A DNA stretch of 64,000 bases from Candidatus Bathyarchaeota archaeon (GTDB lineage: Archaea; Thermoproteota; Bathyarchaeia; Bathyarchaeales; Bathycorpusculaceae). The DNA is taken from NCBI GenBank assembly GCA_963782525.1, contig CAWAKC010000001.1, forward strand, positions 552,390 through 616,389, given 5' to 3'. The notes under the pieces are model-generated. The model did no database searches. It was not told where the DNA came from and was given only the letters and a program-made list of their open reading frames with translations. Below are positions 8,720-19,436 of the stretch, one piece after another (positions within the stretch are counted from its first letter, which is position 1; every line of letters begins with the position of its first letter). The translations under genes and the position numbers were made by a program.

Positions 8720-10078
8720 TTATTGCCCAATTACCCTAACGTTTTCCACTTGAATCCAAGGCGAAATCAACTGTCCAATTTGCCGTTCGTTGCCGCCGAT
8801 TACGCTGATGTTTTTGAGCAGTTCAAACACGTTGCCGGCAAGCATCACGCCACGGGAGCAATGGGTGATTTTTCCATCTTTGATTTTCCAGGCTGGCGTC
8901 GCTACAACGGAGAATTCGCCGCTGACGGGGTTGCTGCTGTGGGCGCCCTGTAGGTAGTAAACGATTAAGCCGTCTTCCACTTCGCTTATCATTTCCTCAG
9001 AGGTTTTGGTTCCTGGCAGGATATGGAAGTTTGTGGTGTCGATACCCGGCGTTGAGAGGTATCCTGCTCTTGAAGCGTTGCCGGTGCTTTCTTTGCCTTC
9101 CCTTCGGGCTGTATAGTTATCGTAGAGGAAGTTGCGCAGGATTCCTTTTTCTATAACTGGTGTTTTCTGATGCGGCGAGCCTTCTGCATCGAAGCTTCCC
9201 GTGTGTAATCCACCTGCAAATAAGCCATCGTCGAAGATTGAGAGGCTTTCTGAGGCGACTTTTTCTCCGATTTTGCCCTTAAACGGCGATTGCCCCCTTT
9301 GAACGCTGTCGGCTCTTATGGCGTTGATTAGGGTGTAAGATAGAAGGTCTTGTAGTGCAAATTGTGTGAGGATTACTTTTCCCAATTTGGTTTCCACGGA
9401 TTTGGTTTTTAGGGCTGAAAGCGCCATTTTGGCAGCTTCTTTTCCCACCCATGCAGGGTCAAGTTTGTAGTTCCTTGCAGCATTAAACTCAAAGCATACT
9501 GGTGTAACGGTGTTGCCTTCTTTTGCCAGCGTTGCTACACTGCATTCAATCACGGTTCCTTTGTCGAAGGCTGTTATGCCGTTTGAGTTGGCAATGGCGT
9601 TAGAAAGATAAGCGCTGCCTACGCCGCCTTCGATGGGGAAAACTCGTTTATCTACTTGACTTGCGGCGTCCAGCATGGTTACGGCGATTTGTACGAGGTC
9701 TTCTGATGTGAGGTCGACGATTTTTTGGTCAAACGTCTTTTCGGTTGTAGAGTATGGTTTCTTCTCTGGCAGTCCTTTCCAGTCTGGGTCGGGTTTACTT
9801 GCTCTAGCTGCACTCAAGGCGCTAACTACAGCGCTCTCAACTGCTTTGGAGTCCTCTACGATGTTTGTGTAGGCAAACCCTATGGCTTTGTTGGCAGCTA
9901 CTCTTATGCCGAGGCCGCGGTCGATTATGCGGTTGGTCTTGCTGATTTGTCCCAGTTCAATGCCGATGTTGGAGGCTTGCCCCTCGTAAACGTAGGCTTC
10001 TGCATCTTGGGCACCTTTGTTGAGAGCGGCTTTTACGGCGTTCTCAGCTAAACTAATCATTAGGTTTTTTTCAAGCAC
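8720..10078 (-). CDS. pmbA: TldE/PmbA family protein
   Basis: [20 protein letters not shown] motifs; lacks HExxH; start GTG 10078 or ATG 10060. Confidence 0.9.
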   Translation of the reverse strand: MLEKNLMISLAENAVKAALNKGAQDAEAYVYEGQASNIGIELGQISKTNRIIDRGLGIRVAANKAIGFAYTNIVEDSKAVESAVVSALSAARASKPDPDWKGLPEKKPYSTTEKTFDQKIVDLTSEDLVQIAVTMLDAASQVDKRVFPIEGGVGSAYLSNAIANSNGITAFDKGTVIECSVATLAKEGNTVTPVCFEFNAARNYKLDPAWVGKEAAKMALSALKTKSVETKLGKVILTQFALQDLLSYTLINAIRADSVQRGQSPFKGKIGEKVASESLSIFDDGLFAGGLHTGSFDAEGSPHQKTPVIEKGILRNFLYDNYTARREGKESTGNASRAGYLSTPGIDTTNFHILPGTKTSEEMISEVEDGLIVYYLQGAHSSNPVSGEFSVVATPAWKIKDGKITHCSRGVMLAGNVFELLKNISVIGGNERQIGQLISPWIQVENVRVIGQ

Positions 10079-11456
10079 TGCCACCGACAACCACCTCACT
10101 TAATCTAATGTGCGGTCCACCATCACTAATAAAAGCTGTCTGACCCTTCCCGCATCGCCCAGGATCCAACATGAAATCTTTTCCCACACCATTCACTTTG
10201 TGCAGTGTTTCTAGAGTGTTGCCGCTAATCGATGCGTTGCGGACTGCGCCGCTTAATTCGCCGTTCACGATTTCGTAGCCTTCCTGGATGCCAACTTGGA
10301 AAGTACCATCAAGGTTTGCTTGTCCACCCCTAAAACTCTTAAAATAATAACCCGACTTAACACCCTCAATTAATTCTTCGACGGTTTGGTCTCTTGGTGC
10401 CATGTATGTGCATCGCATTCGGATGATTGGTTCTACGCGGAAGTCTTCTGCCCTAGCGTTCCCGGTGGGTTCGGCATTGAATTTTTGTGCGGTCTCCCGG
10501 TTATGCATCAGACCCTTTACAACGCCATCTTCAATTAGCAATGTTTTGTGGCTTGCAACTCCTTCGTCGTCGTACTTGAATGCGCCAAACGCTTCGGGGA
10601 TGGTGCCGTCATCGTAGAACGTTACCAAGTTTGACCCTATCTTCTTTCCTAAATTGTCCGCTAGCACACCTCCTGAGAGCGCCAAATCTGCCTCTGCCAG
10701 GTGCCCAAACGCCTCATGTACAAACACACCAACTACGTTAGGACCCAAAACTACAGGGAACTTGCCGCCTTTTGGAGATTTAGCGGTTAACTGTTCAACC
10801 GCGAGTTTCGCAACTTTCTCACCTAAGGTCTCGGGCGCCTGTTCGTCGAAGAGCTCGTAGCCTGCTGTAGAGCCTATTTCTTCGCGGCTAAACGTGAACA
10901 CACCTTTATCCTGCGCCGAAGCAGTTGTCCGAGCCCAAACGTACAGCTTATCCTGCTCTATGCTGGTGCCGTCGCTGTTCACAAAAAAACTCGAACCCGT
11001 TAAATCAAAGTAGTCGATAGTGCAGCTTTTGATTTTCTTGTTAAATTCTAAACTTACCTTATTCACTGCCAAAGCCGTTTTGATTTTATCTTCCATTTGG
11101 ATGTCGGCTGGGTTCTTTTTTGGTTTAGAAAGCACATGGTCTTCTACGACTTTTACGTCGGCAAGTTTAATGGGCGTTTTCAGCCGTTCACTCGCCAACT
11201 TCGCCATACGACAAGCATCCGAAACCGCGTCTTCCAAAATCGCACCATCAAAGGAACCTACTGAAGCAAAACCCCATGCACCATTCACCAGCACACGGAT
11301 GGCTACGCCGTTTTCGATGCCCTGTTTGGCAGCTTCTACACGTTCCTCTTTTAGGGTCAAGGCTGTTTTGTAGAGTTTTTGACCTCTGGCTTCTGCGTAT
11401 TGGGCACCGAACTTTTGGGTGGCGGTGTTGTTAATTTTTGTTAGAAGGTCTTTCAA
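10071..11456 (-). CDS. tldD: TldD family metalloprotease
   Basis: [11 protein letters not shown] zinc motif, YDDEG, CGKGQ...DGGPH. Confidence 0.93.
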   Translation of the reverse strand: MKDLLTKINNTATQKFGAQYAEARGQKLYKTALTLKEERVEAAKQGIENGVAIRVLVNGAWGFASVGSFDGAILEDAVSDACRMAKLASERLKTPIKLADVKVVEDHVLSKPKKNPADIQMEDKIKTALAVNKVSLEFNKKIKSCTIDYFDLTGSSFFVNSDGTSIEQDKLYVWARTTASAQDKGVFTFSREEIGSTAGYELFDEQAPETLGEKVAKLAVEQLTAKSPKGGKFPVVLGPNVVGVFVHEAFGHLAEADLALSGGVLADNLGKKIGSNLVTFYDDGTIPEAFGAFKYDDEGVASHKTLLIEDGVVKGLMHNRETAQKFNAEPTGNARAEDFRVEPIIRMRCTYMAPRDQTVEELIEGVKSGYYFKSFRGGQANLDGTFQVGIQEGYEIVNGELSGAVRNASISGNTLETLHKVNGVGKDFMLDPGRCGKGQTAFISDGGPHIRLSEVVVGGSA

Positions 11457-11516
11457 GAGTAAACGTCCTTTCCAAAACTAGATTTGTTTGTAGGAATTAA
11501 ACGATTTGTTTTGGTT

Positions 11517-12815
11517 TTACCAGAAATCAGTCATGCTCTTCTGCTTAACGATTGGCTGGATTAGTTTGGGCTTAAGTTTAACCTGCGGTGGCACATCGAC
11601 ACCTAAAACCAACTGTCCATAGACGCCGTCGTATCCAGGCGTAACCTTAGCGTTGCCATCCCGGACCTTAACGATGGCTTGAGCCATGGAAGCATCTACC
11701 ACCTGTGCCAACGCATCTAATGGCGCATCAATCAAAACCGAATATTCATCACCAAATTTTTCAATCAACAAATTATAATTTTTCCAGACCGCCTGAGTCG
11801 AAGGCGAATCAGTCCCAAGCACTGTTGCAATGATTTCTGAGAGTGGAAGCAGACGCATAAACCCCGGTGCTCCCGGACGTCTGAAATCTGTTGGTCTATC
11901 GGCGAGTTCCTCAACACGTTGTTCAACTCCTTTGGTGAGTGGTCGGCGACAAACTGGGCACATGTTGCCGAATTTTATGGCTTCCGCAGGTGAGAGAGAA
12001 ATTTTGCAGTTTCGGTGCCCTGTCCAATGGTATTTGCCATAGGCAGGGTCAGTTTCGATAGTAAACTTGAAGTGCGAGGAATCGTTGGCGATGATTGCAT
12101 CGGTGGCTTCTTTGTAGCTGAATTTTTCGAGTTCAAAAACGTTGGCTTCTCTGCCGATGCGCCATGGCCAGAAACTGTGGCAGTCACTGTTCGAAACGAG
12201 CGCGTACCGGTCGAGTTTGCTGAGTCGCCAGTTCATGGGTGGGTCAGACGACAACCCCGTTTCTAATGCGTGGATGTGTTTGGTCATGTCCTGGTAGCAG
12301 GCTTCTACGGTGTCAAAGCCACTGAAGGCGCCGAAGATGCTGAACCATGGAGTCCAAGCGTGCGCTGGAAAAACCATGTTGTCGCCACAGATCTCCATTA
12401 CCTGCTCAACCAACTGGGATGCTGAAACGTTGAGGATGGGTCTGCCGTCTGAGCTTAAACTGCCGAAGCTTTGAAGTCGCTCATTGATTTGCTCGGCGGT
12501 TTCAAGCCAGGGAGTAAGTATGACATGGTGAACTTTCTTTGATTCGCCCTTATGCTCGAAGATTGTGCAAACTTCTGTTTGCAACATGAAACGCATAGGT
12601 GAGTCTGCGTTGGTTAATTTGAAGAGGCCCGAGTCACCGTCAGGGGCAAGTGTTTCGTTGATTTCTTTTAGCCACAGGGGATGGGTAAAATCGCCCGTGC
12701 CAACCAAGTTAAGTCCCTTGATTTTTGCGTACTTTGCGATTTCTGGAATGCTCATTTGCTCGCTTGTGGCTCGGCTGTATTTGCCATGGATGTGCAGGTC
12801 AGCTATGACTCTCAT
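11517..12815 (-). CDS. endoQ: Endonuclease Q family (PHP domain plus C4 zinc finger)
   Basis: DLHIHGKYSRATS, PAHAWTPW, NSDCHS, GKYHWTGHRNC...CPVC, PGYDGVYG; start ATG 12815. Confidence 0.88.
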   Translation of the reverse strand: MRVIADLHIHGKYSRATSEQMSIPEIAKYAKIKGLNLVGTGDFTHPLWLKEINETLAPDGDSGLFKLTNADSPMRFMLQTEVCTIFEHKGESKKVHHVILTPWLETAEQINERLQSFGSLSSDGRPILNVSASQLVEQVMEICGDNMVFPAHAWTPWFSIFGAFSGFDTVEACYQDMTKHIHALETGLSSDPPMNWRLSKLDRYALVSNSDCHSFWPWRIGREANVFELEKFSYKEATDAIIANDSSHFKFTIETDPAYGKYHWTGHRNCKISLSPAEAIKFGNMCPVCRRPLTKGVEQRVEELADRPTDFRRPGAPGFMRLLPLSEIIATVLGTDSPSTQAVWKNYNLLIEKFGDEYSVLIDAPLDALAQVVDASMAQAIVKVRDGNAKVTPGYDGVYGQLVLGVDVPPQVKLKPKLIQPIVKQKSMTDFW

Positions 12816-12898
12816 GTATGGTGGCCAATTCCTAGCATGGTTGCTGAGCGCTTTAAGGCTTTCCTGTATCAAAACTGAAACTGTGCGAAGCGTTACTG

Positions 12899-13459
12899 TT
12901 ACGTTTGTTTTAGCTTTATGATCCACACGGCGAGGGCTTCAAGCAGTTGGTGGATAAGTTGGCGTGTTTGCTCGTTAGTGACGTTTCCGTTGACGTCCAC
13001 GTTGTGCATTGCATCTGATAGCATGACTTCAGGTCGGTTAACCGGCTGCATGTTAAGGAAAATGAATGCTTGCCGCAGGTGATATTGTGCTCGGGCGCCG
13101 CCGAACCTGCCTGTGGATGCACTCATGATGGCGACTGGTTTACCTTCCAGCGGCGTGTCGGCTCTGGGTCTCGAAGCACAGTCGATGGCGTTTTTGAGGA
13201 CACCAGAAAATGAGTAATTATACTCTGGAGTTGCAATTAGAAGTGCATCAGCGCTTCTGATTGCATCCTTAAATTCCTTAACCCTCTGAGGTGGATTAGC
13301 CTCGAATTCCTGGTTGAACGGTGGTATACCTTCTAAATCAAAAACTTCGATTTCAATGTTTTCGGGCACCACTTCAACGGCTGCGCGGATTAGAGCTTTG
13401 TTGAATGAGCCTTTCCTTAAGCTTCCCGCAAAGGCGAGAACTTTAAGTTTTTCGGACAT
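12899..13459 (-). CDS. NADPH-dependent FMN reductase (ChrR/YieF-like)
   Basis: GSLRKGSFN, TPEYNYS, LKNAID, GGARAQYHLRQ. Confidence 0.92.
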   Translation of the reverse strand: MSEKLKVLAFAGSLRKGSFNKALIRAAVEVVPENIEIEVFDLEGIPPFNQEFEANPPQRVKEFKDAIRSADALLIATPEYNYSFSGVLKNAIDCASRPRADTPLEGKPVAIMSASTGRFGGARAQYHLRQAFIFLNMQPVNRPEVMLSDAMHNVDVNGNVTNEQTRQLIHQLLEALAVWIIKLKQT

Positions 13460-13574
13460 GAGAGCCACCAGAACAAATAAAATGAATCAACCAAGCAGAT
13501 TTAAACTTGCTTACAACGTATTCCCATGTCTGCGTAATTTTAAAAAATTTAAAAAACAAAAAGAAAGGTGGTGG

Positions 13575-14702
13575 TTAGTCTTCTCGCCATTTGAACAGTC
13601 TAACTGCCAAGATGAAGATTACAGCCGTGATAGCTAACACTACTGCCATATCGATAAGGGCTCCACCGATGTTACCGTACACCATAACGTTGTTTAATCC
13701 CTCGATAATGTAGAACAGCGGCAGGACATGTGCAAATGTTTGCAGGTAGGTAGGCATGATGCTAATTGGGAAGAATGTGCCTGACAGGAACATCATTGGA
13801 AATGTCACTATGTTGCCTATGACTCCAGCAGTTTCTGGGTTCTTGGTCACAGTGCCGACTAGCATGCCGAGCGCTGCAAATAGCATTGGACCCAAAATGA
13901 GGAAGGGTATAAGCCAAGGTGACAGGGTGACATGTGCGCCGTAAGCTGCGATTCCCACCGTAACCATCAACAGAAAACCAGCAACCGTCAAAACAATGTA
14001 CCAGATAACTTTCGAGGTTAGCCACTCCATCTTTGTAAGCGGGGTTAAGGAGAGCTGTTTGAAGAGTTTTGTTTTCTTGTATTCGGAGGAAATGTTGACT
14101 AGCGAGAACATTGGGCTGGTTAAGATGGCAAAGCCGATTAATCCTGGGATGAGGAAGTCTATGGTTTTTGTTTGTTGGGTGTTCACTGTCGCGGAGGTTA
14201 TGCCTATGATTGCGGGGGTTGTGTCGTTGTATTTTCGCTGAAAGTAGTTGAGGTTGTAATAATTTGCGTATCCGTTAACTGTTCCGCCCACGATGCCACT
14301 TGTGCTTGCTGTAGGATTACCGTAAACTGTAATGTTTACTTGATGACCTGAGGCATAGTTCGCTGAGAAATCTGCAGGTATAATTATGCCGTCAGATGAA
14401 GAGTGGTCAGCTAGGTACTGTGAAAAATTCGCTGAAGGATCAACAGTAAAGACCTTAATGGTACCAGATTCATTTAACGACGTAAGAAAGGTTGCGCCTA
14501 TGTTTGTTCCGCCTGGGAGACCGGTATCTTTGTTTTGAGCATAAACACTAATTGTTCCTAAACCGTTTCCAGAGAAAATCGCTCCGAAAATCAAAATCAA
14601 GATAACTGGGAAGATTAAGCCGAAGAACAAACCGAACTTGTTTCTTAAGTATCCTCGGCTGAAGACTTTGAAGTCTGAATAGATTCTTTTTCCATTGACC
14701 AT
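13575..14702 (-). CDS. ABC-2 type transporter permease
   Basis: TM helix, large extracellular loop, five further TMs; FPMMFLSGTFFP. Confidence 0.9.
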   Translation of the reverse strand: MVNGKRIYSDFKVFSRGYLRNKFGLFFGLIFPVILILIFGAIFSGNGLGTISVYAQNKDTGLPGGTNIGATFLTSLNESGTIKVFTVDPSANFSQYLADHSSSDGIIIPADFSANYASGHQVNITVYGNPTASTSGIVGGTVNGYANYYNLNYFQRKYNDTTPAIIGITSATVNTQQTKTIDFLIPGLIGFAILTSPMFSLVNISSEYKKTKLFKQLSLTPLTKMEWLTSKVIWYIVLTVAGFLLMVTVGIAAYGAHVTLSPWLIPFLILGPMLFAALGMLVGTVTKNPETAGVIGNIVTFPMMFLSGTFFPISIMPTYLQTFAHVLPLFYIIEGLNNVMVYGNIGGALIDMAVVLAITAVIFILAVRLFKWRED

Positions 14703-14704
14703 TT

Positions 14705-15661
14705 TTAGCGCCTCCGCTTTTTACTAGTTTTGTCATCTGAAGTAGGTTCTACTTCGCTGATAGGTTCGTTAACGAGCTTAACAAACACGTCGTCTAAACT
14801 GTCTTGACGCGTTTGGATATCGCCCCATTCCAAACCTGACTGCTCAGCAGCCGCCAAAGCCGCGAGGGCATCAATCTTCTTTTTCAGTGGAATAGTAACT
14901 ACTTCTTTGACGGTGTCGTAGTCAACTTGCAATTCGGTGTTTGCCTTGATATAGTCGGCGAGTTTTTGGGTTCCTTGAATCTCTAAGCGTTCACCCGAAC
15001 CATGCTGCTGGATGATTTCTTCGGTAGTTCCCATGGCTACGATGTGTCCGTGGTCCATGATGGCTACTCTGTCAGAGAGTTGCTGTGCCTCGTCGAGGTA
15101 ATGGGTTGTTAGGATGATGGTTTTTCCTTTAGCCTTTAATCCGCGGATGACTTCCCAGATTGCTCGCCTCGCGTTGGGATCCAAACCCGTGGTTGGCTCA
15201 TCTAAAAAGAGCAGTTCAGGCGAGTTAACTAGTGAAAGCGCAAGTCCTGTTTTCTGTTTCTGCCCGCCTGAGAGACTGTCAAAATTTACTTTAGCGGATT
15301 CCTGCAACAGAACCTCTTTTAAAATTTCATCTGGGTTAACTTTGATGCCGAAAAGGTCAGCGTAGTAAATTATGGCTTCTCTTGGAGTGGTTTTTTCAAA
15401 GAACGTAAATTCCTGTGGAATAACGCCGATTTTCTTGTGAAGTTCGTAACCGTTTTTCCATGGGTCGAGTCCGAGTACTTTTACGTCTCCTCCGTCTCGT
15501 TCACGCAAACCCTCCATGATTTCAATGGTAGTGGTTTTGCCTGCGCCGTTTGGACCCAAAAGTCCGAAGACCTCGCCTTCTTTAACTGTGAAGGAGATGC
15601 CGTCAACGGCTTTTAGGTCGCCGTAGTGTTTTTTTAGGGATGAAACTTCAATTGGTAACAT
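14705..15661 (-). CDS. ABC transporter ATP-binding protein
   Basis: GPNGAGKTT, LSGGQKQ, LFLDEPTTGLD, TTHYLDEA. Confidence 0.95.
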   Translation of the reverse strand: MLPIEVSSLKKHYGDLKAVDGISFTVKEGEVFGLLGPNGAGKTTTIEIMEGLRERDGGDVKVLGLDPWKNGYELHKKIGVIPQEFTFFEKTTPREAIIYYADLFGIKVNPDEILKEVLLQESAKVNFDSLSGGQKQKTGLALSLVNSPELLFLDEPTTGLDPNARRAIWEVIRGLKAKGKTIILTTHYLDEAQQLSDRVAIMDHGHIVAMGTTEEIIQQHGSGERLEIQGTQKLADYIKANTELQVDYDTVKEVVTIPLKKKIDALAALAAAEQSGLEWGDIQTRQDSLDDVFVKLVNEPISEVEPTSDDKTSKKRRR

Positions 15662-15773
15662 ACTTTATTAGCTCCTTGAAATCGTAAACTGCTGTCTTTT
15701 CTTAGGTGCATGCTCGGATAGAAATATAATTTTCGGCTATAGAAAACGGATAAATAGCATCTTCAGGCGGTAA

Positions 15774-16289
15774 CTAAGTTGGTGCTTTCTTGAGAATTTT
15801 TTTGTTTTTAGTTGATGTCTCATTTACTTTTGCAAAAATAAACATCGTTAAATCTTCAGGCGAAATGTACCTGGGACCACGTTCATGGTGAACCTGAACT
15901 TCCATCGTATCCTTGCTGAAGATGCTTCGTAACATGTAATAATCAAACTTTAAAGCAGTCCGACTTTCGCCCGCTCCTTTGTAGTATCGTATTGAACAGA
16001 AAAAATCCATCGAATCCAACTGTTTCTTCACCAGAAAACTCAATGTTTTCTTAACTTCTTCATCGTCAATATAGTTGAAGTCTCCTGATTCAGCCAGTCC
16101 GAACTCAAAAATCACCCTGCCCCCGGGTATGGTGGGGTTGGCTACTTCTTCAAAACTGTATTCGCTGCAGTTAATGAATTTTAAAACTTTGATTAATTTT
16201 TGTTGGAGCTGCTTGCTTGAAAGAGTTGAATTGAACCTGTCGACGCGATGAATGTTCATCGGAAAATTTTCGTAGAAACCCAGAGTCAA
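15774..16289 (-). CDS. Hypothetical protein
   Basis: 171-aa ORF with globular composition, 11 bp downstream of the UPF0148 gene. Confidence 0.7.
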   Translation of the reverse strand: MTLGFYENFPMNIHRVDRFNSTLSSKQLQQKLIKVLKFINCSEYSFEEVANPTIPGGRVIFEFGLAESGDFNYIDDEEVKKTLSFLVKKQLDSMDFFCSIRYYKGAGESRTALKFDYYMLRSIFSKDTMEVQVHHERGPRYISPEDLTMFIFAKVNETSTKNKKILKKAPT

Positions 16290-16300
16290 ATTGGTCGTGC

Positions 16301-16666
16301 TCAGGCTTTCATTTTTTTGATTTTTTCAAGCGTATTTAGTAGTTCCGAGAGTGCACTGGTGAGTTTTTGTAGTTCATCCATGTCCTGAGTTTTTTCAATT
16401 TTACCCTCTATTTCCGTTATCTTCGTCATCAATGTTGTTTCAAGCTTATCGTAGTTTGTACTGGGCGCTGGCGCTTGTTTGGGTGCTTCTTCGCCTTCCT
16501 TGACGACTACCACTTTTTTCTCGTCTTTTGCGCACCAAAGTGTGCCGTCTTTAAGCCTAAAGAGGGGGGATGAACAGGCTGGGCAGGATAGGTCAGTCAA
16601 TGCAGCGCCTTGGAGCAGAAGATTTGCGCCTCGTTTGACAACTGTGTTTTCTGGTCTAGGTTTCAT
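16301..16666 (-). CDS. UPF0148 / autoantigen-p27-like zinc-finger protein
   Basis: ANLLLQGAALTDLSCPACSSPLFR...C; divergent from UPF0147. Confidence 0.85.
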   Translation of the reverse strand: MKPRPENTVVKRGANLLLQGAALTDLSCPACSSPLFRLKDGTLWCAKDEKKVVVVKEGEEAPKQAPAPSTNYDKLETTLMTKITEIEGKIEKTQDMDELQKLTSALSELLNTLEKIKKMKA

Positions 16667-16741
16667 GGTGAACCCCAAAGTAAATACGTCTCAATGCTTA
16701 TATAACTTGGTCACTGCCAAAGTGCATCAGAGGGAATATTT

Positions 16742-17020
16742 ATGGTGCGGAAGAAAAAATCGGATGAGTATGAAGCAAAGATTCAGCAAGCACTAGTTGT
16801 TCTGACCGAGGTTTCTGAAGATAGTACAACGCCACGTAACATCCGTCGCTCCGCAAAAGACGCCATGAGCTCTCTGCAAAGCGCCGAATACACTCCTGCA
16901 GTACGTGCTTCAAACGCAGTGTCGATGCTGGATGAGATTCTGCAAGATCCCAACATGCCACCGTACACTCGGGTTAAACTCTGGAACGTTATGAGCTTCA
17001 TCGAAGCCATAAAAGACTAA
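16742..17020 (+). CDS. UPF0147 family protein
   Basis: DSTTPRNIRRSA...DPNMPPYTRVKLW. Confidence 0.9.
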   Translation: MVRKKKSDEYEAKIQQALVVLTEVSEDSTTPRNIRRSAKDAMSSLQSAEYTPAVRASNAVSMLDEILQDPNMPPYTRVKLWNVMSFIEAIKD

Positions 17021-17046
17021 TTTTATTTGATTTTAGCATTTGATTG

Positions 17047-17517
17047 CTATTTTGCTTGTTTAATCGATTTTTTGCATTCGTTGTATGAGGCAGCGCAATG
17101 CATGCAGCAGAACGCTATTTCTTTGCCATCGATGACTTCTCGGTAGCCGCCCGCGTAGACTTTGCAGCCGCAGTGAGCACAAACATAGATGCTTGGTTCA
17201 ATGGCGATTGCAACCAAGGTGGCGAAGCGTTTGAAAAGCCCCGTACATAATCCCCTTCCTTCTTCTGTGAGTTCAAAGACTTTTTTTATCTTGTCGCCAG
17301 TTGGCTTTAGAGAATGCTTTACTAAACCCTTGTCCTCGAGTTGCTGCAAGAATGGATAGACTAGACTGGGGCTGATTTCTTTTTTGACGCGTTTTTTGAA
17401 TTGGTTGATTATGCTGTAGCCGTGGGCTGGTCCCTCGTAGAGGATGGTGAGTATGTAGAAGCGTGAGAAGTCGCTGATTAAGTCGTCGATGTTTGAATGC
17501 TGCGGGTCACTTACCAT
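17047..17517 (-). CDS. PadR-family regulator with C-terminal TRASH-like metal-binding domain
   Basis: GPAHGYSI...SLVYPFLQQLE...KVFELTEEG; CAHCGC...FCCMHC. Confidence 0.88.
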   Translation of the reverse strand: MVSDPQHSNIDDLISDFSRFYILTILYEGPAHGYSIINQFKKRVKKEISPSLVYPFLQQLEDKGLVKHSLKPTGDKIKKVFELTEEGRGLCTGLFKRFATLVAIAIEPSIYVCAHCGCKVYAGGYREVIDGKEIAFCCMHCAASYNECKKSIKQAK

Positions 17518-17556
17518 GTTGGTCTTTATTGGTTTGGTTTGCTGTTATAAATGTTA

Positions 17557-17572
17557 TTCAGATATATCTAAA
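17557..17572. promoter_or_regulatory. Palindromic operator candidate TTcAGATATATCTaAA between padR and cupin
   Basis: Perfect 10-bp palindrome AGATATATCT (17560-17569) with paired flanks in a divergent promoter region. Confidence 0.5.
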
Positions 17573-17623
17573 AAATACTCATGCCAAATTAATTAAACCC
17601 GAATCAACATATCTTTGATAATC

Positions 17624-17965
17624 ATGAAAGTCTTCAACTACAAAACCGTCCAAACAGAAAAAGCAGACTGCTGCCCAGAAAAAACCCAGATACGATGGCT
17701 AATCACCAAAGAGATGGGTGCACCAAACTTTGCCATGCGCCTCTTTGAGATGGCACCAGGCGGATTCAGCCCCCTACATAATCATGCATGGGAACACGAA
17801 GTATTCGTGTTAGAAGGACAAGGCGGAATTTTTGACGGAGAAAAAACAACACCTCTACAAGGAGGGGACGTAGTTTTTGTACCTCCAAACGAACTACACC
17901 AATTCAGAAACAGCGGCGAAGCGCAACTAAAGTTCCTCTGCTTAATCCCCCATACGGAAAAGTAA
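17624..17965 (+). CDS. Cupin domain protein
   Basis: PLHNHAWEHEVFVLEG...PPNELHQF. Confidence 0.9.
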   Translation: MKVFNYKTVQTEKADCCPEKTQIRWLITKEMGAPNFAMRLFEMAPGGFSPLHNHAWEHEVFVLEGQGGIFDGEKTTPLQGGDVVFVPPNELHQFRNSGEAQLKFLCLIPHTEK

Positions 17966-18049
17966 CTTTCCACTTAGTTGGGTACGTTGTAGCTAAAAAT
18001 ATATGCTAGTTGTTACATCTAAGTTTGGGTTCCAAGAGGGCAAAATTCC

Positions 18050-19432
18050 TTGAAATATGATGTGATAATTGTAGGAGCAGGTCCAGCAGGCATTTTCTCA
18101 GCACTTGAGCTAACGGAGAAAACAAACCTCAACGTCATCGTTATCGACAGAGGCGCTGACATCGACAAACGCAAATGCCCCTCTAAACGAGGCTTTGAAT
18201 GTGTCCACTGTGAACCGTGCTCCGTTCTTAGCGGTTGGGGCGGCGCAGGCGCTTACAGTGACGGCAAACTCACCCTATCAACCGAAGTTGGCGGTTGGCT
18301 AAACCAGTATGTTTCAACCAAGGAACTTGCTGAACTGGTAAAATATTGCGACGGCATCTACCTCAAGTTCGGCGCAAGCGAACAAGTCTACGGCGGCGAA
18401 AACAAGGAGATAGATGAAATCGAACGCCAAGCCTCCCTTGCTGGTCTTAAACTTATCAAGCAAGAAGTTCGCCACATGGGCACTGATAAATGTCTTGAAA
18501 CCCTTCAGCGGATGCGGAAATATCTCAATGACAAAATAACTTTTCTGCCTAAAACAGAAGTGAAAGGGCTCATCGCTGAAAACCACACCATTCAAGGAGT
18601 CGAAACCGTCGATGGCGCGAAAATCATGGGTAAATACGTCATCATCGCCCCGGGCAGAGGTGGTGCAGAGTGGCTTCAAACTGAAGCTCAAATCCGTGGC
18701 TTGAAGACCGTTAACAACCCAGTTGATATCGGTGTGCGTGTGGAGCTTTTGGCCTCTATAATGGAGAAGCTTACCAAAGTTCTCTATGAACCTAAACTTC
18801 TCTATTTTTCACGTTCTTTTGATGACCAAGTGCGCACTTTCTGTGTGTCCCCCTATGGTGAAGTTACCACTGAATCCTACGACGGCGTCTTAACTGTCAA
18901 CGGCGGTAGTCAAGCAGAGACTAAAACAGCCAACACCAACTTCGCTATACTTGTCAGTACATCATTTACGGAGCCATTTAAGGAACCAATTGCCTACGGC
19001 AAATACATCGCTAGACTCTCAAATCTACTCAGCGGCGGCGTCATGGTGCAGCGGCTCGGCGACCTCAACCATGGCAGACGTAGCACCCCCGAGCGACTTG
19101 CACATAGCGTTTTGACACCCACCCTCAAAAACGCCACGCCGGGAGATCTAAGCTTTGTTTTGCCTTATCGCTACCTCACTGACATTCGTGAAATGCTTGA
19201 AGCTCTCGACAAAATTGCTCCAGGCGTTGCCTCACCCGAAACATTACTCTACGGCGTCGAAGTCAAATTCTATTCCTCGCACCTTCTACTCAACAATGCA
19301 TTGGAAAGCAAAATCCAAAACATGTTTACTATTGGCGATGGCGCAGGCGTCACCCGCGGCTTAATCCAAGCGTCCGCTTCAGGAATCATCGTTGCAAGAG
19401 AAATTCTCAAACGAGAAAAACTGAAGGCTTAA
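18050..19432 (+). CDS. FAD/NAD(P)-dependent oxidoreductase (uncharacterised dehydrogenase family)
   Basis: VGAGPAG, GWGGAGAYSDGKL, DIGVRVE, GDGAGVTRGL. Confidence 0.88.
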   Translation: MKYDVIIVGAGPAGIFSALELTEKTNLNVIVIDRGADIDKRKCPSKRGFECVHCEPCSVLSGWGGAGAYSDGKLTLSTEVGGWLNQYVSTKELAELVKYCDGIYLKFGASEQVYGGENKEIDEIERQASLAGLKLIKQEVRHMGTDKCLETLQRMRKYLNDKITFLPKTEVKGLIAENHTIQGVETVDGAKIMGKYVIIAPGRGGAEWLQTEAQIRGLKTVNNPVDIGVRVELLASIMEKLTKVLYEPKLLYFSRSFDDQVRTFCVSPYGEVTTESYDGVLTVNGGSQAETKTANTNFAILVSTSFTEPFKEPIAYGKYIARLSNLLSGGVMVQRLGDLNHGRRSTPERLAHSVLTPTLKNATPGDLSFVLPYRYLTDIREMLEALDKIAPGVASPETLLYGVEVKFYSSHLLLNNALESKIQNMFTIGDGAGVTRGLIQASASGIIVAREILKREKLKA

Positions 19433-19436
19433 CCCT

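Noticed and set aside
12816-12926. Long N-terminal extensions in the ORF track (endoQ; likewise tes, rps26e, trpB2, glpX)
   Set aside because: Family-typical N-termini begin at downstream starts; the extensions overlap neighbouring genes or promoters
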